Notes: a model not told the origin generated them from the letters alone. A DNA stretch of 64,000 nt from Octopus sinensis (GCF_006345805.1 NC_042999.1:80352001-80416000), one strand, 5' to 3'; shown: positions 40,669 to 54,329, counted from the first letter of the stretch. Program-made: numbers and translations.

Positions 40669-41245
40669 TTGGGCTGTCCGGAAAATTTGTGCCGATTTTT
40701 AAAGGAAAGAAAAAGGTCTATAAATACTTCCCATTACATTTTTAATCAACCAAATATGAACCATTTTATTGCACAATGCGTCTTCATCTTACCTTTAACT
40801 TGAAAATCCCCTCTTCCCAGAATTGAGGTGGTTTCATGGCAAAGCATCCATCAAGGTATCTTCTTACATCATCCAAGGAATTGAAATTTTTACCATTAAC
40901 ACTATTCTGCAGAGACCTGAATAAGTGGAAATCCGAAGGAGCAATATCTGGTGAATATGGCGTGTGAGGAAACACATCCCAGCCGAGCTGCAGCTATTTT
41001 TGCCTAGTTCCCAAAGCATCAAGTACCGAAAATGAACTTTCTTTTCTTCCATTTGTCCGGAAAGTTCGTGCCGATTTATAGTAGCTTACATTTCGACTTA
41101 TTTTAGAACATGGTTGAGTTCATAAAATAGGATTTGACTACAACTCCATTTAGAGCACAATTTAAGCTATCTTTTCGTGGAAGAAGGTTTATGTGTTAAT
41201 TCTGTAACCCTTTGAAATTGAAGATAAGAAAGTTCATCAACACAA
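40669..41245 (-). mobile_element. Internally deleted mariner with an inverted 5' segment
   Basis: TA|TTGGGCTGTCCGGAAAATTTGTGCCGATTT TIR. MEEKKVHFRYLMLWE is fused to PHTPYSPDIAPSDFHLFRSLQN. The 5' TIR/UTR (41055-41237) lies in the opposite orientation. Confidence 0.88.
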
Positions 41246-41289
41246 TTCAACTTTCTATAGAAAAATGTCATGACCTGAAATTGATACAT

Positions 41290-41640
41290 CTATTTATAAC
41301 TCTAAATCCTCGTCTAACTGAAACCCAAGCCATACTCTGCAAACATATACTTTCCTGCTATCATCCTGTCTTCACTTCCTATAGAATCACGATCTATATA
41401 CAGCTAACATAATAAGCATTCAATAGCTCAAACTGTAACCCCACCTCACAAAAGCAGAGTTGTCGAAGATTATGTAAAACGAAAAAGAAGCCAAGTGAAT
41501 CACAGTCTGATGAAGATCAGTAAACCGAAACTTTGTAGTCACTCTCAATTTTTTTTTTTTGCAAAAGTTAATAAATATTTACTGACGGTATTTAGTAATA
41601 CTACAGTTTAATATTAAGTTATTTCTATATAGAATTCCAC
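41290..41640 (+). mobile_element. Non-coding PLE terminal-repeat-like segment
   Basis: Contains the hammerhead motif at 41504-41543, a second degenerate motif just upstream (TCGAAGATTATGTAAAACGAAA) and an AATAAA; followed by a TA tract. Confidence 0.55.
41504..41543 (+). ncRNA. Candidate minimal type I hammerhead ribozyme
   Basis: AGT-CTGATGA-A-GATCAGTAAACC-GAAACT-TTGT-AGTC-ACT. Stem I AGT/ACT, stem III ACT/AGT, GUC triplet; stem II is imperfect (G-C, A.C, U-A). Confidence 0.6.
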
Positions 41641-41805
41641 ATAAAAACACATACAAGACATATACCTACACATACATTGCATATGTATTTGTAAGTAGGC
41701 ATAGTTGGGAGTCTCATTTATCTAAATATTATCAATATATCTGTACAATGTATGCACATATATACTCAAACATACTCATATAAACATATATTTTCATATA
41801 TATAT

Positions 41806-41859
<54 letters not shown>

Positions 41860-41865
<6 letters not shown>

Positions 41866-42751
41866 GAGGTGAATATATTGTCGTCTATATTACGCAAAAA
41901 GGAAAATAACAGTCATCTCATTTTAGCAGATATATTTACAAAGATTACATGAAAATATTTTGGAATACTAAAGAGTAAATTTATTCAATACAATCGCCAT
42001 TCGTTTTAACCAAACCTCCAGACGACTTCGGAATCTACTGCAACTTTTTACGGCGGTCGCCCCGTTTAAGATGGTGAATGCTACCATAATCTTTGCTTTC
42101 AGTTCATCTTTGGTGTTACACGGAGCTTTGTTGGTCTCTCACTCAACTGCGCCCCACCCCTCCACACACATAGTAACCAAATGAGTTGCAGTCCGGGGAG
42201 TTAGGTGGCCAGATGTTAAGGCTGATATGGTCGCAGAAATTTTCTGACGTGCATGGCAGAGTTCACCTGCTTGTGTGGCTAGGAGCAGAATCCTATTGCA
42301 GGCATAGGGTCATCCAGCAGCCACCCTCTTGAGCCAGGGCAGCACAACCTCCTCCAGGTACTTGATGTAGGCATCCGCGTTGAATCTGCGACTGTGTGGG
42401 AAGATGAATGGAGGCATAACGTAGCGATCACTAGTGATCACTCCAAACCCTATGATGTGGGCTGATGTTTAATTTTTATCACTTTTACCCATAAGTCATC
42501 AGATTGCACTGTTCTCAGATTGACACTCAGACAGAAATATTCATATTGGAGCTTCCAGCGCGAATGCCAAGCAGTGGAGCCTGTCGTTTCCAAATTTCTA
42601 GTAGAATGAATTGCCTCATGGTGGTGTTCTTCTCACTGACGGTGCCCAACTGACTCTACTATATCGTGTAAGTCTACAAAATGAAAAACAAGCAATGGGC
42701 ATATCCGAAATTAAAAATATAAAATGGTGACAATTTACCCATCGGACGCTG
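41860..42751 (-). mobile_element. maT/DD37D-type Tc1-mariner transposon, internally deleted
   Basis: VMPPFIFP, YIKYLEEVVLPWL, DSAPSHTS, WPPNSPDCN..YYV, KDELKAKI and FRSRLE motifs; CAGCGT/TAGGGT termini next to TA. Confidence 0.88.
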
Positions 42752-43224
42752 TATATACACAAAGAGATAGATATATAAATAGATAGAGAGATACATTTAT
42801 GTAAATGTATGTACGTATATATACCTATATATATATATTATATATATATAATATATATATAATATATATATATAATATATATATTCACTCACGCACACAC
42901 TCACACATTTACAGGCTTTCAATTATTCGTGTTGAGTTAGTCTACCTATATTACGTTATATTGCTTGAAACAACCTAATACTGAGCTAAATTTATCGTCA
43001 ATGATACATCCAAGATGAATATTGGAGAATAATCATCTATAATATATACTCCTGCCTGTAACTGTGGTCCTTTGGAAATCTATCTGTACTGCTAGATAAC
43101 CGTAAAAAAATATATGCATTCTCTTTCATCGCTTTCCATTCAGAAGGGAACATCGCCAGTCATAAAATTTACTTGACTTATAAATAATATCGATAATACC
43201 AGTGTACGTATCTTTGACCTAGTA

Positions 43225-43369
43225 CCTACAGTGAGATGCTTACTTCCCAACCATATAGTTCCAGATTCAATTCCACAACGTGGCACTCTGGAGAAGTGTC
43301 TTCAACCGAGCCGACCATGGCCTGACAAGTCACTGCTTGGCAGAAACTAAAACAAGGCCGTTGTATATA

Positions 43370-43458
<89 letters not shown>

Positions 43459-43680
43459 GTGTGTGTGTGTGTTTGCGTTTTGTGTGTACCACAATCGCTT
43501 GTCAACCGACGTTGATGTGATTACATCCTCGACCAATCGGTTAGGCAAAAATGATCGATTGAGTAGTAGGCTGCAAACAAATAAGTCCATGAGTCGATTT
43601 GTTCGGTCCAAACACTTCATGGTGGTGTGTCCCAGCATGGCTGCACTCATATAAGTGAAACAAATAAAAGGTAAATGATG
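43225..43680 (+). mobile_element. Diverged family-B SINE with expanded internal (TA)n(TG)n
   Basis: Head/core (gtggcact.tgg..aagtgtcttc) and tail (cgcttgtcaaccga ... ccagcatggctgca) flank a ~115-bp microsatellite. Confidence 0.8.
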
Positions 43681-43882
43681 TGTGTGTGCGCGCACGCGTG
43701 CGTGCGTGCGTGCGTACGTGCGTGTCTGTGTACACATATATATGTAACTGTTGATAAGAATGAAACTGCCCTTTATGTTAGAAGGTCGGATGAAGCTATA
43801 GGGTGATAACCAATCATTGGAACTGCCAGCACAATAGCTGTAAGATAATGATGTTCGTGACATAATTCCTTTTGCCGTTAAC

Positions 43883-43954
<72 letters not shown>

Positions 43955-44308
43955 GTGTGTGTGTACCGAGTGAGAGAGAGAGAGAGAAAGCATTTGTAGC
44001 AAAATAGCATAGAATATATAGGAAATGAATTCAGGTGTTTGAGGAGGAAGAAGCCCTTCCCAGAATTAGAGTTAAATGATTTTTATCTACATATATGTGT
44101 ATAAGGGTACGTACATGAAGAACCCCTAGGAAAAGAAGTAAAAAGGACGTAAAAGGGACAAGTAAAAATATGCCTCAGGAACAGATACAGATCGAAAAAG
44201 GCAGGATCCAAAACGATTTGAGAAAAAGGAGAAAAAAGAACAAAAAGAGAATGTGAAACAGAAAAGTATTTATGGCGATTAATAAAGGCTTTCCTACATA
44301 AAGATCTG

Positions 44309-44386
<78 letters not shown>

Positions 44387-45110
44387 CATATATATATATG
44401 TGTGTGTGTGTGTGTGTATGCTATATATGCATATGAAAAAGAACACAACAGGATTTCGCATTGATTAACTCCATATATTTGCAATGTATTTACAGCTTAT
44501 AGGAAGATAACAGCATATTGCTGAAATGAGGACTGCTGGCCATATGTACATTTCTACACAAATATCTAGACATCAAACGCACTGTAAATACATAAATATA
44601 ATCGCACACACGAAACAATACATCTGACACATGCTCCGTGTTTTGAATTATAACTAAATATATCGTTTAAATACAATAGTGAATCTAAAACATTCTAATG
44701 ATAAGGAATTTCAAGCTGTGAATAATTTCAAATTCAATCACGACTAATATTTTTCAAACTTTCAAAGAACATTAGTATTTATTTAAATTTATAACAGTAA
44801 ATGTGTTGCATTGTCGTGGCTGAAATTTTATGGCACCGTCACACAATTCTCGAATATATCCTTTGTGTAACAAAAAGTTGCATTATGCATAAGTAGAATC
44901 TAATTCTAAAAGTGACGGTTTTACATAGACTGGAATATCCACGTTGCATCAACTTGGTGAGTTGCAGACACTTAACGAACGCACCAAAAGTATTGTCAAG
45001 CATAAATGGACTTGTGTAAATGAAATATACGAATCAGGCTAGAAATTTTGCTTTCAACAAAAGCGCAAATATAAATATACAAAATAGTAAAAACAAGCTG
45101 TAATATTATA

Positions 45111-45345
45111 TATTTCTTTATTGCCCACAAGGGGCTAAACATGGAGGAGACAAACAAGGACAGACAAACGTATTAAGTCGATTACATCAACCCCAGTGCG
45201 AAAGTGGTACTTTAATTATCGACCCCGAAAGTATGAAAGGCAAAGTGGACCTCGGCGGAATTTGAATTCAGAACATAGCGGCAGACGAAATACGGCTACG
45301 CATTTCGCCCGGCGTGCTAACGTTTCTGCCAGCTCGACGCCTTAT
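45111..45345 (-). mobile_element. Family-A SINE monomer (tail B), TSD-flanked
   Basis: A and B boxes on the minus strand. Perfect 14-bp TSD GCTGTAATATTATA at 45097-45110 and 45346-45359. Confidence 0.93.
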
Positions 45346-45746
45346 GCTGTAATATTATAGCAGCTGGTATTAGACTCAAGCGAATGTGTTCAATGACAGT
45401 TCAGGTTTTCAAAAGTTGGCTGAACGTAGAAAAAAATAGCACATTCTCTTTAACTCATTACAAGTGATTTGAATTGAAACAATGATGTAGGCACGAAATT
45501 TGGACAATAAATGCAGGCATTTTTAATACGGAGAAAGCCCTCCTAGCACTAATTCAGTGTATCTGAGAAAACAAAGGCGTAACACACCTAAAATTTACCC
45601 TGTCAAAGGTAAATGCATGATGATTATCTGCTGATGCCTAAGTTAGCAACAACTTTGATAACTTATCTAAAACGAATGAAACAAAACATGCGAAATACAA
45701 GCAAATACCTGCAGCCATATAATATTTATACTCGCACTGAGAACAA

Positions 45747-45960
45747 TATCTTTACTATTAAAGGCACAAGGCCTGAAATTCTGGCGGCGAGGATCAGTGA
45801 TCGCATCGACCCAGTGTTTCACTGATACTTAATTTATCGACCCCGAAAGGATGAAAGACAAATTCGATCTCGGCCGCGTTTGAAATCAGAATGTAAAGAC
45901 GGATGGAATCTCTGTAAGCATTCTGTCCGGCGTGCTAACGATTCTCCCAAGTCACCGCTT
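45747..45960 (-). mobile_element. Family-A SINE monomer (tail A)
   Basis: aggcacaaggcctgaaatt tail, core and head; degenerate TSD tcgcactgagaacaa / tcgtactgtaaacaa. Confidence 0.88.
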
Positions 45961-47860
45961 TCGTACTGTAAACAACAGAATTGTATTTTTATTCGGGATC
46001 ATTTAGCTGATCTTACATTTATGAATTAAAATTGCCAATGCCTTTCCGAATAATATAAGGTATTAGAAAAGCAACTTGGATCCTGAATGTGCCACATAAT
46101 AGCTTCTGAACTCGGTCAGTAGAAACGATAATTTAACAGTCACACATTAAATATTCATGTACAAATAAAGACCAAAAGTTTGAGTAGATAATTTCTTCAT
46201 ATGTCTACTGTAACCTTATTGTGAACAATAAAATTTGAAGAAGAAAGCTACTGAAATTCTTATAAACAAACTACATAATTGGAAGAACTACAGTATATCG
46301 ACTGTTATCCGGCTGAAAATAAATGCTCCAAGTCAATGGCACAGTACTCGAAAAATTCCAAAAGAAAATGTTAAAATACAATTCACTGGAACAAGAATAT
46401 TGCAAACAAATTTGTACTCTTTATCGTCGAACTTTTGATAACGGTATAAGATTGTAAATGAGCCGTATGTTAAAAGTGTGAATATGCCTGCTAACTGCCC
46501 TTCTTATCAAACAACTAAAATATTGTGTTGTTTGCCTTACTTCTTTATTGCAGAATCACCTTGCAAACAACAGTATTATAACATCTCAGAAGACTTGGGA
46601 AAAATGGAAATATAGGGACGTGGAGATATGCTACATATTTTCAAAATGACATAAGAACGGAGCTCTCAAAGGGAAGATTCAGAATTACGGAAGTGTTAAC
46701 TGCAACATCATTCTTTTCATAACTGAGAAAAATGCAAATAACATCTTCATGTTTTGCAGCTGTTCAGCACCGTGAGTGCAAGATCGTAGAGTAGAGTAAT
46801 TTTTTAACTTTCTCGAATCCCAAAGTGACAGGTTTTCTTCTCCGTGTAAGAAAGAAAACTTGTTTATTTCTTAATTCTCAGATGAATAGAGACACATAAC
46901 TAAAAGTGGAGAAGTTTCGAGAATTTGTCAAAATTCATATAAATTTGTTCTTGTATATCTTAGTTATTCATTTCTGACAGTAAATACACACACACACAAA
47001 AACAAGAAAGCGTATATATAAAGTTCTAAAGGCAATAAGTTCAAATCCTGCCGATATTAACTTTTTCTTGAATTCAGATGTTGATAAAGTAATACCGAAG
47101 TAACTGAGGGGAAGGGGTTGTGTGTGTGTGTGTGTGTGTGTGTATAGCATTAGAAAAAGGAGATGATTGGATTACTAGCATCATAGTGAATGCTGCAAAC
47201 AACACGCATTGGTATGGAATCATGCAACTGACTACGTCTATCAGCTGCAAACCGTAGAATCTTTAATACAGGTCTTTACAGTTCACGACAACAGAAATTT
47301 CGGTCATCGGGGTTTCATTCACTGTAGGCAACTGTAGAAATCATTTATTGTTTTCGCTACGTCTTTGTTCATTTGAAAATTCTATGAGCAACCTCTTTGT
47401 AATAGTCTTTTGGATTGTAGAATATTTCAAGATGCAAATCTTTTCCCCCCTTTTTAAGGACCAGAAAAATTCATGCATCAACTGTATCAACTGATCTTCT
47501 GGTAAATGAAAAATTCCCTGGAGAAGAGTTAACTTGGCATTGAATTAGTTTAGTAATTTATCTTAAGACTAGAATTTTGCGTGCGTAGCGAAAGAAACCA
47601 TTCGAATCAATTTTATCCGCTCGACACAAATTTTGTTGTTTGTTACTCCACCTCATTGGTGCCTTTCCCCTATCTCCTATGTCATTTAATTTAATATTTC
47701 TCAGCGGCCTTTGTGTGCATGTCGAATAGATGAGTGAGCTTTATAGGAATATACAAACGTTTCCTCTAGAGGTTTTACCAGTCTGGATACAGAGTGATAT
47801 GTTATTTTAATTGAATGCTTGCGAGAGGTAAGTTGACAATTTTCAATATTTCTTTATAGA

Positions 47861-48064
47861 AAGGCGGCACTCTGGCAGAATCGTTACTGCGCTGGACAAA
47901 AGGTTTAGCGTAATTTCTTCCGACTTTACATTTTGTGTACAACTGCCGCCGAGATCGGCTTTGCTTTCCTTCTTTCGAGGTGAAGAAAATAAGTACCAAT
48001 TCTGCGCTGGGGCCAATGTAATCGGCTCCTTCAAAATTGCAGGCCTGGTGCCAAGATTTGAAAC
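47861..48064 (+). mobile_element. Diverged family-A SINE monomer (tail A) with perfect 17-bp TSD
   Basis: TGGCAGAATCGTT A box; TSD CAATATTTCTTTATAGA at 47844-47860 and 48065-48081. Confidence 0.88.
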
Positions 48065-48669
48065 CAATATTTCTTTATAGAGAACTTCTCCAGTTATGGT
48101 ATTCAATATTGTTAACCCAGTATATGCTTCAATACTTCTCATTCGATTTTGTATAAAATTTACAATTTTATACATTGCAAGTTTAGATTGTTATGCCATT
48201 AACATTATTCAAAACTGGTAGCCCCATCATTTTCTAATATAAAAAAATGAAAATGTAATACAACACAGTATGTCCGATTTCATTTATTTTTAACAGTGGT
48301 TAAGTGGAATACAAAGCGTTTTGCTTGTTGGCCATTAGATCTAGCTTAGGCTTGATCGAGGAAATTTATGATCAAAGAAATTCCAATTGGGGTAATTCCA
48401 TCTTTCTCGTGAATTAATGAATTCAGGACATATTAAACAATATGCCATAATTTCGTTGCTCAGAAGCAACTTCTGAGCAAAAACTTTTTCCGAATGTCCT
48501 GAAGAATAGATATTCACACCGAAATATATAAATACATGTTAAAATTGAAACTTAGTTGTTTGCTTTTCAATTTGTAGTCTACTTTGTACCTTCTCGCATT
48601 GTTCCGGCTTTACACAACTACATTCTTTAAAATTATACATCATAACGTTTCACAAACACTACCTCATTA

Positions 48670-48681
48670 TATATGTATATA

Positions 48682-48741
<60 letters not shown>

Positions 48742-48850
48742 ATATATTATATATATTATATATATTATATATATATATAATATATATATATATATATTAT
48801 ATAATATATATATATATATTATATATATATATATACATACATACATATAG
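48670..48850. repeat. Interrupted (TA)n microsatellite
   Basis: Directly visible. Confidence 0.96.
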
Positions 48851-49196
48851 ATACATTGAAAGATAGATAGATAGATCGATAGGAAGTTAGATAGACAGAC
48901 AGACAGATAGATAGATATATAACGATGTTAACCATTAAATTTTCTTTTACCGACACCACGCTTCTCGCTGTCTTTCCTATTCCCTAAGTCACTGTTATGA
49001 ACAATATAATACATATATACATAAATCCGTGTCCCTCGCTCGGTGTTTCTTTGTGTTTCTTTTCTCCAGCTTAGCGCATTTCTTACTGTACTATTTTAAT
49101 ACTTTTACACTCATGTACAGAAAGAACATTAAAAATTATAGCAAATTTCTAAAGGGCTTCAGTCATAAATGTTTAAAAAAAAACGTAATAACAATA

Positions 49197-49231
<35 letters not shown>

Positions 49232-50877
49232 AGAATAACCATAAAAATAAAAATATGCGCCCGAAAGAACTGTTGCATACACAGAGTAAATTATATACCG
49301 GTTCTGGGTGTTGTATTCATTTATTATTTTTAAAATATTCTGGGGACGATTATTTTGGGCCGTTAAAATTGATAATTAGACATTAAAATCTAATGACTTT
49401 ATTTTTTGCCTTACTTTCTATTATTATTTAAACAAACGGATTATATTTTAGCTTGAAATTTTCTTGTTTATATATATTTTAAACATTTTCAATATAATAC
49501 TTTTCTGTTTAAATATTGTTATTTTTTGTTAAATATTATTAGCCTTATAATTATTATCTCCATCAAGTTTTGTTTTCTTACTTTTTCGTTGTTCTTTGTT
49601 AAAATTCTAGAAAATGTAAAAATGTATATTTTATTTGAAAGCAAAGACGATAAGAAAATATTTTTAAAAATTCCATAACTCATAAAAAATAATATGAATA
49701 TACAATAAAATAGATATTAAAAATGTATATAACGATTTTTAAAAATTAGAAAACATGAAAATAAATATAAGATTTTTTTCTCCTATTAAAATAGAAACAC
49801 TTTTTTTAATGTTGTTTCGCATCGCTTTCTTTCAGTTTTTTGAGCCCTTACAGCCAGTCAAGAAAATTATCTTTATATTGATATTGTTATTTCTATTATT
49901 ACTGTTATTAAAATGGCGATGGATTATTATTGTTATAATTATTTTTTATCAGTATCATCGGCATTATCATTATCTTTATAAACATAACCATCGACGTTAT
50001 CATCACTACCATTATTATCGTTATTACATAGTCTTAATAATCTTCATCATCTTCATTACTATCATAAATATCACTATCCTCACCATCATTATTCTCATTA
50101 TTCCACCATTGATTTTTCTTTTCAGTTTTATATTTAAAAATCTTTCATTTTAACCTTCTATATTTTTCGGAAGGAAGTGAAAGAAATTTATGAATCGAAT
50201 TTAAAAAGCGTTTTGTTTCTTTTTTATTATATCTAATGCAATTACTAATTTTATTAGAAGTTTTCTATCAAATAATATATTCCTAAAATAAACTGTAAAA
50301 ATATATAGTCAAAGAAAATTAAAATCAACAACAACACTTTTTTAAACTACCCATTGAAGTCACTCAATTAGAACAAGACAAAATGGCCTTGTTAAGGTAA
50401 TTACACGAGTCTCAGTACTTAAGCGTTCAAAATTCAGCTCACTCGACGACGAAAATTAATGTTATAATAGGAACACAGCCAATAGAGTTGAAGCCAACTA
50501 TCAAAGGAGATAAAAGCTGAACATTGAAATATGAATTTACTATTATATACTCTCCTAAATACCAAACGAAACCATTTGAAAAGATATTTTCAGGAGTGTT
50601 CTACCGGAGAAAACAAACATACAAACATACTCATATCGTTATTATAGCCATATGTTGTGAAAGTTGTTTTATATTAAAGCTATTATACACAAGTGACCAT
50701 CCCGCCTGTTTTTGAGATACAATGTATCTGTTCATCCTTTTTTTGTTTACAAAATGAGTAGTGTTTGATATGGGGATTTGGCTTCTATTATTGTCAGGTT
50801 GACTGCATAAAAGAATAAATTTTAAATTTTAATTGTTGATTCGCCTAAACGTATGTCTGAATCTACTGATATGTATG

Positions 50878-50917
<40 letters not shown>

Positions 50918-51099
50918 CACACATATATATATATAGGTACGTGAGTGTGTGCATATATACCTATATGTGTGTATGTATGTGCGTGCGTGCATGTATTCAT
51001 GCAGCTAGAAACGTTCATATACACTTTTTAGCATAGCATTGTAACAAACGAATAAAATATCTTTTAATTGGCCACACTTGGCTACACTAAATTGGTTAC

Positions 51100-51500
51100 A
51101 CCGAGTTGGCTATTTGCCATGGCGTATATTGCTATATTGCTATTTAATTTTTTGGGATAAACATAAGGACTATCCGTATGGTAAAATTTGGATGCAGTCA
51201 AGGTTGTCTGTAGGCGGCCAGTTTGCACAGCCTTCAGAATGTACGGTAAGTTTCTTTAAGATAATCGTACCAGTACCCGCTTTCCGAGTTTAAACATCTC
51301 TGTGTGTTTTTTCTGGGAAGACTGGGTTGTGGTCAGTTCTGGAGAGGAAAGGGCATCACGCAATTTAACAATAACATGCTGTATATTACGGCGCCGTTCC
51401 TTCGACTCCTGCAAGGTGTTGAGGGAAGACAAGAATATCTGTATATGTGGCCACAATACTATCCTTGGTGGGAAAACTTCTTCATAATTGCTCTCCCTAA
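51100..51500 (-). mobile_element. Possible Gypsy integrase C-terminal relic
   Basis: YFRE..EEVFPP..LW then QSSQKKHTEMFKLGKRVLVR loosely resembles AYR...FSP..L.YG and Q..QK.YD...F..G..VLV. Weak. Confidence 0.3.
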
Positions 51501-51839
51501 AATATTAATTTCTTTTGAAATATTTTCAAGCTATGAAGGAGAGAGGCAATCATTTTGATGCTGCTTTATTCAAAAGGTATGCTCATTTATTAGAAAGCCC
51601 AGAAATTGTAATGGTATTGAAGCTTTTAGTGTAAATGCTAATATTTGTAATTTTATTTAAGCAAGATTCAATCTCTAAGTAAATAACACCTATTTGTAGA
51701 TGAGTGTGTGTGTGGCACGATTCATTTTCATTGTGTGTGTACGTATTACATAATACAAAAGAGCGTGTTACGTAATTTCCTGTTAAATTTTGTAGCCAAT
51801 CAGAATGCAATGCCTTCACCACTTCCTCCTCTCCTTCCT

Positions 51840-51849
51840 TTTACTACTA

Positions 51850-51882
<33 letters not shown>

Positions 51883-51933
51883 GTACAATTACTACTACTA
51901 TTAACACCACCTCCACCACCACCACCATCCGCC

Positions 51934-52012
<79 letters not shown>

Positions 52013-52075
52013 AGCTGCGGCTGCTGTTTCTAATGCTGCTAGTACTACAATTACGATTACTACTACTAAAAATTT
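51840..52075. repeat. Compound trinucleotide array (TAC)n/(TGC)n/(CAC)n
   Basis: Directly visible. Confidence 0.95.
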
Positions 52076-52672
52076 AATATAACAGACAACTGATTTCAAA
52101 GAAAAATTACATTGAGACAGACATCCATATATGGGTATACATATATACATATATAAACATATACATTCGCTCATATGCACATATACACACATAAAAATGA
52201 AAAATATTCAAAAAAAAGAACAAGACTAATTGAGCAGAGGATATTAGAGAACTTAAGCAAACAAATAAAATTTTATTAGAAATATGAGAAAACTTCAACG
52301 TCGACTCCATTGGTTTCACGTAACCTGCTGAGTTATCCTTATTTCTTTCCAGAATATTTCGGATTTTTACGGTAATTTATAGACACTGTGTATTTATATA
52401 TATATATATAATATGATATACGTAAACAAGAGAATGCGTACACACATACACACACAAAAGACACACATATATGCATATTTACACGTGTATATATACATAT
52501 ACACAAGCGTATATACATACATAGACAGCCGTGATAATTATCTCCATTTTGAATGAGAGTTTACATGACGTTACATGAGGTTACACGAGACTGAACGGAA
52601 TTTCGAAATAACTACACAGATCAATGGAAGTAACTTGTAAGAATACCTTAACCGTTATCTCCTTGGAGTTAG

Positions 52673-53092
52673 TTTTACTCTTTTTTACTCTTTTACTTGT
52701 TTCAGTCATTTGATTGTAACCATGCTGGAGCACCGCGTTTAGTCGAGCAAATCGCCCCCAGGACGTATTCTTTGTAAGCCTAGAACTTATTCTATCGGTC
52801 TCTCTTGCCGAACCGCTAAGTTACGGGGACGTAAACACACCACCATCGGTTGTCAAGCGATGTTGGGGGGACAAACACAGACACACAAACATATACACAC
52901 GCATGTACATATATATACATACATATATACGACGGGTTTCTTTCAGTTTCCGTCTACCAAATCCACTCACAAGGATTTGGTCGGCCCGAGGCCATAGTAG
53001 AAGACACTTGCCCAAAGTGCCACGCAGTGGGACTGAACCCGGAACCATGTGATTTGTAAGCAAGCTACTTACCACACAGCCACTCCTACGCC
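52673..53092 (-). mobile_element. Family-B SINE, full length
   Basis: Homologous over its whole length to 24076-24501. Confidence 0.93.
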
Positions 53093-53834
53093 TTCTGCAT
53101 GTCTGTTTTCCTTCTCGTGATCTTGGTCACTCTCTTGTAACGGGGAATATTTTCATCCAAAATGCAGATGATTGCCAATACTTTCATGTGACTCGTTGAA
53201 CAAATGTAAAAATTTGTTCACAAGAATCCATTGGTTGCATTGTTAACCCACAAATAAGGAATATTTAAGCACTAAAGCGAGGCTGCAGACTCCTTCATCC
53301 TTAACTTGCCGAAGGTCTGTCTCAAAAATATTTTTGTATAAGAATAAACTTGTACAGCGAATATGGTGAGTGGGGCTTAGTTTCCAATTAAAACTGCTCC
53401 GGCCTTTGGAATGTCATCCTCGCTCTATGTCACTAAGCATTATTCTGATGGAATATCACCTTTCGTCTTGAAACGAAAGACGTTAGTTTTTCTTCTGCGC
53501 ATGTTGCTGAAGTTTACTCGCAGTGGATCTTTGTTATCGTTTGGTTTGGGTTTAAAAGTTTAAAGTGGATTAAAGCTTTCATATCTCACTAAACAGATAA
53601 CAACAACCTACGTGGGTGAATACCTTCTTTAGCCTGGGTTACCGGTGTTTGTCATTTCTCTATCCACTGTCTTCGGCTTTTGACATTTTTATAGAGAATA
53701 CCTTTCTCGTCACCACTCACTAATCGTGAGACCTGACTGCAAAGATGAGCACATATTCACTCTCTGTACGCGATTAGACTCGGAAACTTTGTGACCAACC
53801 CAGTGATCCAATTTTCTGCTTTTATAGATGGCAC

Positions 53835-54329
53835 ACATGTGTCAATGAATAGTTAAATGACCAAACCCAAGCTTCTCTGCTAGTTCCTCAACAGTTACGA
53901 TGGAATTTTGTTCCACTAGTGTTGTCAGCACGTCCTCGTCGAGCTCTGCAATCTTCCAGGACGAGAATCGTCTTCTAGGCTGTAGTTTCTGGATCGGAGT
54001 TTCAGGAGCCACCGTCGATATTGACTTACGCTTATTGTCCGATCCTCCATATACTGCATTAATATTCCTCGCACTTTCCGTTGCTTTGTTGCCTTTATTG
54101 AACTCGTAATGCAAAATATGCCGAATATGCTCCTTTGTCACTTCCATTATAGCTTTGAAAGAATAACTGTTAAAATCAAACTGCACTCTTCAAAACTTGC
54201 ACTAAGAATAAAACAAGGTAAATTTACTACCTGCTTTTACAGCAAGTCGAAGCAGGTTGTTTATCTCGTCCTCCACCGACTTTTAGTACATGTAACTAAA
54301 GAAACCGCATTATTTATGGGATGACACAA
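53835..54329 (-). mobile_element. Mariner 5' fragment (TIR + N-terminal HTH)
   Basis: TA|TTGTGTCATCCCATAAATAATGCGG terminus; MEVTKEHIRHILHYEFNKGNKATESARNINAVYG...TVEELAEKLG. Confidence 0.88.

Noticed and set aside
44929-44956. 28-nt plus-strand micro-exon with a GTGAGT donor
   Set aside because: Poor acceptor; no meaningful peptide.
51214-51245. 32-nt plus-strand exon-like segment ending in GTAAGT
   Set aside because: Short pyrimidine tract, and it overlaps a probable retroelement relic on the other strand.
53095-53800. Possible RTE endonuclease relic (-)
   Set aside because: Only a YSPT (cf. YAPT) hint amid many stops; insufficient.
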